A DNA stretch of 64,000 nucleotides from contig JAGIQG010000026.1 in NCBI GenBank assembly GCA_024679065.1, forward strand, positions 21,824,001 through 21,888,000. The letters run 5' to 3'. Below the pieces are notes generated by a model that was not told the DNA's origin, ran no database searches, and was given only the letters and a program-made list of their open reading frames with translations. Below, in pieces: positions 53,940-64,000 of the stretch (within the stretch, counting starts at the first letter, position 1; each line of letters starts with the position of its first letter). This DNA is from Sphyrna mokarran. Lineage: Eukaryota. The position numbers were made by a program, and so were the translations under genes.

Positions 53940-54560
53940 ACCCCCCTCCCCCACAAAATTTTCAAACCTTGTCGACATTTATAACAGATTCACCCAGATA
54001 TGAATCTGTCTTGGTGATCCAGGAGATCCTCTGAAAATATTCCATAGCCTCCTAGAGACAGTGCCAGGAGCAGGCCAAGAAGAGCCTCATGTGCAGGGAC
54101 TAATCTATTTGTAGTGGAAGGGGCGGTGGGGGGGGGAGAGTTGGCATAAGAGAGTGATGGAAATGCCAATGTAATCAGGGTGGAGGGGGAAAGGGATGAT
54201 GTTGACAATGATGGGGATGCTGGCAATGATAGGTGGTGTTTGGGGGGGGGGGGGGGGGGGGGGGGGCGGTGTTGTGGGGAAAAAGGGCAGGGAGCGCAAG
54301 CCCTGAAGATGGAGAAGATTAGTTTTTGTTTCTGTGACCAGGGTGCCTTTAATGAAGGCAGCCCGATCTCAACGGAGCTGTTTCTTGTCTCAAAGTACTT
54401 GTCCTACCAGACTGACAGTGCAAACCATGCCCACTTTTTTTTTTGGCATTTTAAAAGGACAAGATCTGGAGAGAAAACCGGCTAGTGGAGCTGGGGAGTT
54501 CCATGCTAGTTTTCTCTCCAGAGCTGATACTTTGCTAAATTCTTGCAAGATTTTGACCAT
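53940..54560. mobile_element. Non-autonomous TIR-type element with G25 run and subterminal hairpin
   Basis: GC-rich interior like 11929-12950; hairpin ctggagagaaaac...gttttctctccag at ~54466-54521. Confidence 0.4.
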
Positions 54561-57500
54561 TGTTCCAATTTCTCCAAGGCTTGAGGAATGGCGGAGTAAA
54601 TACATGAAGAATGCTTACCATTTAACCAATTATATAGAGTCATAGAGCATGGAAACAGGCACCTTGGACCAACATTGTCCATGCCGCCCTTTTTTTTTAA
54701 GCCCCTAGGTTAATCCCAATTGCCCGCATTTGGCCCATATCCCTCTATACTCATTTTATCCATGTAACTATCTAAATTGACAAAAACATTTCAAACTGCA
54801 TCTATTCACTTAATTTCTGAACAAAGGTACTTAGATAAGTAACGGAAATTATCAAGAACAGACATGTCCCATTGTCATAATGCAGCCAGTGATATTTATA
54901 TTTATTTATACCACTGTCAAGAATAAACTTTGTCAACAGATAGAGTTGACTGAAGCAAATTTTTCAAATCATCTGTATACAGATTATCTGAAGTCAAAGA
55001 AAGAAGAACTAAGTGACCTCTTTTGTCATTTACCCAACGTATATTATCTAGACACACTTGCTTCAGGAATAATTAAGACGCAGTTATGCCCTGACTTCCC
55101 ATTTTATGTTTCCTGTCAGATACACGCAACAAAGTAATATCCTTTCAAGAAACCACCTTTGAAGCTAATTTTTGTTGACAGACTTATTTTTCTTATTCTC
55201 TAAATGAAGTAAACAGCTTTTGAGATATTGGAAAGACGTAGTTCATTCCAGCCGGAGTGCCACAATCATCTATACAATGAAGATGATCTTCTTTCTCAAA
55301 TTTCTGAAGACGACAACAAAAGTCTGGAAACACTGATGTTCTACTTCATCTCAGTCATGATAAATACTTAACAATTCATCTCTTGTTGCCAAAATGGTCC
55401 CTCAGTATAAATGAATGAGATTGGCCACATGGGTAATGCCTCAGATCTCACAGAATATCTCTAAAGGCAACTTTAAATAATATTTTCCAGTATTTCAGCA
55501 GTGCATAGAAGATCTGATCCAAAGAATGAGAAATATACCAGAACAATTGGAAACACAATGCTTGCAAATTTGGCAAGACATATTGACTGTCTTAAATCAT
55601 GATAGCGGTGGTTTATTTTGTATGGACTATTAGTCCTAGATACCAACAACCTTAGCTTTCAAAATGTCAACATAATGCATATTTGCGCCTCGTTTTCTCT
55701 TAATATATAGTCCTTGCATTACAAATTTTAAGTCACAAAGTAACAAAGAATGTTTGATCTTAAAAACTATCAAATTTAGTTCCTATTCAATTTTAAAATA
55801 ATCTCCTTTTATTAAAGTGGTATGCAATCCATAAATTATTCATTTAAACAGATCATGTCCCAAGAAGTACTGTGTCTTTATAAATTATTATAGTAATATA
55901 CAGTGTGATTACGGTTCATTTTCAGTAGCTATATAAATCTTGATACAATGGATTCCAAATCAGCTGTAATGTTTTTATTAACCTTTCTAAGCACATATGT
56001 TTTTACAGCACATTAATTTAATCCTCTGTGTGGGGAAGGGAGAATCAATGATAATGAAAACATAACAGTTAAACATGTTATTTTTCTAGGAATTCATTCA
56101 CAAAGTGACTTGGAGTATTATTGGAGTTATAACATGGAGTGGTAGGGGTCTGAAAATAGCTGTAAAATTTTATCACTTGAATGGACTCAGTTAACACATG
56201 CTTACTTTGGGCAACAGGGAAGAGACATGAGAATGGGATGAGCTGGATTGATTGCTCTTGAACAGGGCAGATTTGGACTCCATGGGTTTACTGGGATCCT
56301 GCTATGCTGCAACCAAGCAGTATTTAATGATAAACTAGCAGTTGTAATACTCACAGAAGTTATTCCCAAACATTCCCAGGAGCACAGATTTCTCAGCATT
56401 GACGGGTTAAAGGACAGTTGATTCTGTTAATATCTTCTACCATGTCCTTTTGCATGACATACCGTCTGGAACATTCAACACTTGGTCTAGAGTTTTCTTT
56501 ATGGGTGCAACCAGGAAAATGCACCCAATTGTCATGCTCATTCTGCTGATGCAAAGTTGCATCCAATCTCATTTGGAAATGTCCAAACTTAAAATGGGCA
56601 AAAATCAATAAAAGCAAATTCAGGCCCAAGGAAAGTAGTGAACTTGTACCATATGTTTCTTCCTTAAGTGTAAAAACATAAACTTTAATTAACTTAACCA
56701 CTATCCATGTCCAGATGGCACAGAATGTTTAGAGATCTGCAATCAGAGCAGCTTTTCAATTTGTAATGATACTTCTGCCTTAAAATGTTTAAAACTAAAC
56801 AAAAAATTGAACTCAGGTCTCAGCAAGGATAAATTAAAAGAAATCACAAGAATAATTTTAATTTCTGCTATACCTGAAAATCTGAGAGATCAAATTTATG
56901 AGTAAACATTAAATCAGGATTTAATAGCTGATTATAAAAGATCAAGGAGACTTGGAGTATTATATTTATACAACTAATCTATTTACACCCAAAATTCTGC
57001 AATCATTTAAACTTTGCAATTGGGCTATTCCCAGCTTATATACATCTCTGGGCACAAATGTAGAGGTGATTCCAGGCTATAGTCTGCAGATAATGAGAAC
57101 ACAATTTGTTACCTCTAGGATTCTTGTGAATGTCTTGATCTCATCATTAATTAGATGATATAAAACAATTACTGATGCAATCCATAGCAGGAAGCTTATG
57201 CTATATTTTGGAATGACTACTATAATGAGCAATGTGAATAATTACAATGCTTAGTAGAAAACTAAATAATAAATAGGATGCACGGGTTTAGGTCAACACC
57301 TCTGCTTTAGCTTCTAACCTTTCTGTGGATAAACAGATAGTAAAGGTTTCTGTTAAAACGAGTTTATCAATAAAGAAATCTGCCATTTTTGTCTAACAGC
57401 TTAACAATAAAAATTGTAAATTGTCCATGGACTTTTGTTTCAACTCTCAGTCTTTACAATTAGAAAATATAAAGTTCAAATAAGCTCATTTCAATCTTGC

Positions 57501-57581
57501 TGCCCAAAAATATGTTAACATGAAATCCATGTCAATGAAATTAGAGGTGAATTGTCACAACCGTCACAGAAATTTTTTTTA

Positions 57582-57851
<270 letters not shown>

Positions 57852-58828
57852 CTAAATTTTAATTTGTCTTTTAAATATACAATATCTATTGAAGATAAAT
57901 GCAATTCCAATAGAAGCCCTAACTGAGTCACTGAACTGCATCATTTTAAACTCAAATAGTTCCAAGTATATGCTACTTATTTCAAAATAGTCTTCAGTTG
58001 GGTCTGTGATAACTGGCACTACAATTGGTAGTACCTTAGGTTAGAGGCAGACACTTGGCTGTCCAGTGGTCACTGTCAGAAATGCATATGTGCACACTGA
58101 ATAAGGACAGGATAAGACTTGATTATGTTCTCTGTCCATCACAGTGAAATGGCTAACTGACACCAGCAAGACATACACTTAAATAATAACCATGGGAACA
58201 AGAATTCAAAGGGTGTCTTCCTCATAGCAGAATGAGACAGTCAATACAAGTGTACAGCGAAGAATAATTGACAGACAAAGTTTATAAGAAAAGGAAAATT
58301 GTAACTGCAGCAGAAATATTAAGCAACTAATAGCTGGAACTGCCAACCTATGATTTGCTGAAGTTATGAAACCAGAGGCCAGTTCTTTGAGGAATCAAAT
58401 AAAATGTTTTAATTGGCTATATTATGTCATCTCTGCATGGCAGAAATCAATTTGGCAAGTAACAAACATTCCCTTAGCAACAGTTCTGGCAAGAATGACA
58501 GTCACATCTGTGGTAGTGAATGTTGTTTTTAGTGATTTGAGCGATACCATCTGCTTACACTCCATCTTTTTACTAAACAATCTACTGAATGCAATACTTA
58601 TGATACCTTTGACAAGAAGTGATCAAAGAGTAGTTCCTGCTTGTTATAGGAATTAAGGTAAAATATGAAAGAGTGAAAATGTTGACATATTTTACAATCC
58701 TCTGACTGGATGCACCACAATCTTTTTAATCATATTGAAGGAAGTTGTATCTGAATTGCCAGCATTGAAAGAATGAATTAAATGATCTGCTCAAAAAAAT
58801 ACTAATTGAAACAGCAGCATGAACTTAC

Positions 58829-58992
58829 GTCATAGCCTGGTAAATGGATTCTATACCAAATCGCATTGCAAACTCATCCACTATTTCTTGGGCAGTTTCA
58901 TCAAAATAAACTTTCCAAGCATCATCTCCTTTTGCATCTGGAATTTTCACAACTCCATTGTTTTGTATATCAGTCAGGTAATGAAACTGATT
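58829..58992 (-). CDS. UNC13A: UNC13A exon 2: [54 protein letters not shown](T)
   Basis: atacag|AAT ... AC|gtaagt; 164 nt; inside ORF 58825..59085. Confidence 0.93.
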
Positions 58993-59795
58993 CTGTATGT
59001 AAAGGTATACAAAAATCAATACAATCTTTTGACAATAAATCACAGCTAGTAAATCACAATAAATTTTGTTTATACAAAAAAACAAATTTGTTTAAAACTT
59101 TTAATTAAGGCATTGTTGTGTGACCAATAATGTATCTCTAAATTATATATTAAATATAAATATGCCCTATACAAGACAAGGCATTTGTGGAAGAAAGGAA
59201 AATAGATTATTTTGTTCCTTCCAATTTCTGAAATTGTTCACATAAATGTATATAAATGAACAGTTATACCAATCAACTTCAGGTAAATCCAGCTCTGAAG
59301 GGTGACATAAATGGCATGTGATATCAGCTATACATTCCAGTGAAAATTGTCAGGATTGCCACTAAAATTTAAAACATAATTTTAAGCTGAAGGAAGCAAA
59401 GGGACAAATTCTCCAAGAAAAAGCAAACTTCATCATCAATGGAATCAGAAAAATCTTGAGAATTACCCTCAGTCAAGAGCAATTAAGCTGTAAGTGAATC
59501 AAGAAATCCAGCTAATGCCATAAAGTGATTTTTAAGTTAATTAAATCCAGTTACTGACATTGAATCTCTTCTGAAATAGATGTTTTATTTTGCCACAAAT
59601 AATTAGGAGTTTATTGCTAGCTCTAAAAGAAAATTTTGCTAGTTGAGTTGATATTCATGATATTCTACATAAGTTGCACCACTCTGGTTCACCCATCCCA
59701 ACGATGGGAAAATTCCATCTAATATTTAGGATATCAGGCAGTCTTCAGGAGACTACCCATCAAGAAATAAACAAAGACACCAATATAATAATTCA

Positions 59796-59939
<144 letters not shown>

Positions 59940-61832
59940 TCATCAATAGAATACAGAAAAATGCGTTAAACATTACAGAAGTAAAACTAGAGCCAAAGGT
60001 GGTCTGAATCCATTTTGTCAAGCTTCTTTTTTTTTAAAAAAAGAATAGAATAACTTTGCACAGTAGCAATTAATTTGGAGACATACAGCTCCGAACCATA
60101 CCTTGAGAATTTATAATTTTATAATGAGGGTCATAAGAATAATTCTGGGAAAATATTTCCATCTACATAAGAAACTTACAAATGATTATATCCATAACTG
60201 GAGACCTGTGTAAGTGAATTTCTCATTTTATAAAAATGCTTTTATTATGGACAGAATTTTCCAGCCCTTCTCACTAGGGCGATCCCCGACCCCCCCACCT
60301 GCTGCAGGAAAATTCCTCTTTGGGCTTAATGTTTGTCCTCAACAATATTTTTAGTCAACCATCTATTATCAGAAAGAAGTAGCCTAAATTATGAAGGAAA
60401 ATTGCATGCATCCTTCTAGTAACTTAGACAAATAAGTGAGTAAAATTCTCATTGTCCTCATTTTTTTTTTGGCTTAATTTCTAACTGGGAATTCTTTTTT
60501 ATTTACATATATATATTTTAGAAGCAATTGAACATTTTGATTAGCCAGTTATATCTTAACACAGGAACACTTTCATGACTTTGTATATGGAAGTTAAGAT
60601 GAAAAAGTTTCCTGCATCTAAAGACACATGAGCAGATAAAGCTCATGATGATGTAGCTAGTTTTTCCTGGAAAAGGCCAGAGAGGTGGTTTCAGAGATGG
60701 CACTCTGCATTAAGCATGGCTAACCAGGAGATTCCCCCACTCTTCCTGCCTGCCACAAATGTATTAAAGGATATACGGGTTAATCATAAACTCGTTTGGC
60801 CATATGTTATGAATGCATTTTCCATGGCCATCGAGTTCCGGAGTGGATTTAAACACAGAGCTTCTGGCTTAGAGGTATTGTGTCACAAAACTGCCTTAGA
60901 GGTCATTATCATAGACACAATTTGACCATTCAATTACTCTTCTAAGCATACCAGCACATTCTTCTTTATATTAAACAGTAAAGAACTAAAAGTAGCACTG
61001 GAGAAAGAGCCATCCTTCAGCTCTGATAGTTAGTACATTAAAACAGGAAAAAACAAGTTATTCTTGGATTATAGTATATTTAATAGCAAGCAAATATTTG
61101 TTCAGAACAAATTAATTAATCTTTCTGAACTCAAATATGAAGAATTATACTAGTTATTAAACAGATGGGACCGAACAATTTACCATCTGATCTCTGTCAA
61201 AATGATAAGGAAAAGAGGGGCAATTTTTGCATATTTTAATATATAAAAGTTATGCCACAGTTTGCCATTCATTGCAAAAAAACGTCAGCCTAATAAAGTA
61301 ACTTAAATGTCCACATTTTTATAACTGGAAATAAAAAAAACACAATTAAATTGGGAAACTGATGGTTTCACAAAGTCAGCACCTTGTAACTGTGATTTTT
61401 TGGCCTCTGCTCCACTGAAGTGTAGCTCCCTGTTGTCAGTATGAGAAGCATGAGGTACAGTAAATTCCAATGATTTTAATTATAAATTAATCAAGGATTG
61501 TACTAATGCAACAAAAAGCTCAGGTGTGGTTTCAGTTCATGGGTAGCACATTTTCTTCCAATTTTTGTTCTATTCACTCATAGGAACAAGTGCCATTGGC
61601 ATTTAGTGTTTGTTCCCAATTGTTCTTGAGACAGTGAGTTTCCTTCTTGAACCACTGGAGTCCATTTGATGCAGGTATGCTCACAGTGCTGCTATTATAT
61701 TGAAGCTTTAAAAAATACAGGACACTCTTTTCTTTACAGTTTGCATCAGTTTTTCAAAATATTCCTTCAGTTTCTTCTTACCTCAGGATTAGGGAATGTA
61801 TTATATAGGATGTGTATTCTCAAAAGAATAAC

Positions 61833-62015
61833 AAGTCCAATAGATTTATTTGGAATCACGAGCTTTTGGAGCACTGTTCCTTTATCAGGTGAGTGGATGA
61901 AAGAGCAGCGCTCTGAAAACTCGTGATTCCAAATAAACTTGTTGGACTTTAACCTGGTGTTGCGAGATTTCTAACTATGCCCACCCCAGTACAATGTAGG
62001 CATTTCCACTCATCA
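61833..62015. mobile_element. Fold-back pair of Penelope pLTR ends with decayed hammerhead motifs
   Basis: Arms 61833-61886 / 61896-61949; TSD-like tcaaaaga at 61820-61827 and 62013-62020; homologous to 29322-29420. Confidence 0.8.
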
Positions 62016-63431
62016 AAAGACAGTAGTAGTAGTGGAGAAAAAAATTGGAAGACAGAAGAAAAAGCAGTTGACTTGAGAAACTGGGTTAACAAGTATTTAG
62101 CTTCTTCCAAATTGACATCATTTTTAAAGCTTTTGCAATTATAAGGAAGCCAATGCAATTAAACCAAAGTACTAATTTTTTTTTAGAGTAAGCTCCTCAA
62201 GTCTCTGATATTCAGCCAATATTGGCATTAATATGTTTTTGCTCCTTGACAAATTCCAAAACAAGTTTAAATTGACAATTTGGCACCGAGATTCGTAGTC
62301 TAGATTATCATCTGATCTGAAAGAATTCACTTACAATTCGCATTTCCCTTTTACAGCTCAAAGAGAAAGAAACTTTCCTATGTCAGGAGATTGCTATGGA
62401 ATAATTTAAAAAGCAAAATTCTAAGGTGTAGAACTCTGAATTATGCAGAAAAATTTAAAGGAATTGACTTTTCCCACCACGGAAAACAAATTTGAAAGGA
62501 GTCACAATTTAGATTATTAAAAATAGTAAACAAAGTGAGTTTGTAAATGTCTGTACATTATTTACTTTGGACAATACTAGAAGTCATGATAATTGAATTA
62601 ACATGGTTGAGATTACAAATTGTCCCTTCCATCTGCCCCCACCCCCCACTCCAAAAGAAATGCAGATAAAGCAGCTAAAGTTGTGCTGGTTCATAGCAAA
62701 TGGATAAATATGTGGTTATGCACAGCTTTCTGAGACAGCTGAAGCATAAATAAGTGAATCATTTTTTCATGCTCCAATAAACACTTGTATTGGTGCGGTA
62801 ATAACTAGCCATTTTTATTTTCAGATCATTTAGAATGTTCCAGTCAAAGATCAATAAAAACAATAGAAGACAGATTTTGGAGATGAATTGCTTATTTATA
62901 ACGTGCTTATTTCCATCAGGGTCCACCCAGTGTACAGTTATTATTTGCAAACAATAAGTGTCTTTGTGGTATGACGTACTTTAAATGTTACACAAAAATG
63001 ATTTCAGAATACATCATGAACTGTGATAGACCAAAGGCTAAAAAAAAAAGTGTAAAATGATTGCAAAGTTTCTTACCATTCAAATGAATTAATGATTCTG
63101 TTTCAGCAGGAACACTAAGCAGTACCACAATCTAATTAAAGATCATATATATTGAGGAGAACATATGAGAAAATAGTTGTCTTTTACAATACTTAAAGCA
63201 TTTGTTTAAGCAGTCACAGAAAGGGTATCTTCATTAAGTTTTTGGCTGGTTACTGTCTTAGACTATTAGTATGTCACATTTTCCAAAACTTGGAGAATCT
63301 TATTTATTAATAGTCTAAGACAAAGAAACAGACATTCACTATTTTAGGTTTTTGAATGAAGAAAACTCTTCCTTTTACAGAAAATAAGTATTTGTCAGTT
63401 TCTGTCGCTGATGCTATGCCCATTATGAGCT

Positions 63432-63594
63432 AGTAAGAAGTCTTACAAGACCAGGTTTATTTGGTAGCAAATACCACTAAGTGCTTCAAAAGCTAGTGGC
63501 ATTTGCTACCAAATAAACCTGTTGGATTTTAACCCAGTGTTGTAAGACTTCTTATTGTGTTTACCCCAGTCCAAACTCTGGCATCTCCACATCA
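63432..63594. mobile_element. Fold-back pair of Penelope pLTR ends
   Basis: Inner stem 63452-63479 / 63494-63521 (27/28), outer stem 63432-63448 / 63540-63556; TSD cattat(g/a)agctag at 63421-63433 and 63593-63605. Confidence 0.8.
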
Positions 63595-64000
63595 TTATAA
63601 GCTAGACATTATACTTTCTCTTTATAAAAGAAATTGGTTTAAAATGTTCAATGGTGGAATTAAAGAAAAACTAGTTTTTAACCATAATTCTTCTTTGAGT
63701 AGCTGCTATACAACTCGACAGCAGATTTTCATTCAATCCTACACTTCATAGCTGTTAGAGAAGAGTTCACATAAAAATTGGTTTTATATCAATTCGCTAA
63801 TTTTCAAAGCACTTGGATACCATTGCGCAAGAGTGCCCCTATCACAGGTTGCACTGGAAGACCTCCCCCCTCCCTTCCCCCACAGAAGAAGGGACAAACT
63901 TCCCACTCCCTCCTCATCAGTGGCATGTTCCTACACCCCTCTGCTGACATGGGTCACTGGCATTAGGGCCCTCCCAATAGGTCCCACTGTTTGGCCCTCC

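Overview
Vertebrate genomic DNA, most likely a cartilaginous fish (shark), judged from HE1/V-SINE-like, DeuSINE-like, CR1 and Penelope repeats. The whole window lies inside one minus-strand gene, an UNC13/Munc13 family member most like UNC13A (Munc13-1). Sixteen GT-AG internal exons (59926 down to 60) splice in phase into 1835 nt (~611 codons), from the end of C2B through most of the MUN domain. Both gene ends are outside the window. The introns are TE-rich: CR1/L2 LINEs, SINEs, PIF/Harbinger-like elements and MITEs, and a decayed Gypsy element. The most striking structure is a young Penelope-like element with an intact GIY-YIG ORF fragment and a hammerhead-like motif in its 3' end. Its 5'-truncated end folds back into a spacerless 2x247-bp palindrome. 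The same head-to-head fold-back geometry recurs in short Penelope-end insertions with target-site duplications at 61.8 and 63.4 kb. Other oddities are a perfect 54-bp inverted templated insertion with hairpins at both junctions, inverted repeats bracketing a weak-donor exon, and a ~230-bp duplication around a LINE+MITE insertion. All calls come from reading the sequence by eye; no database searches were run, and repeat boundaries are approximate unless a TSD/TIR is quoted.
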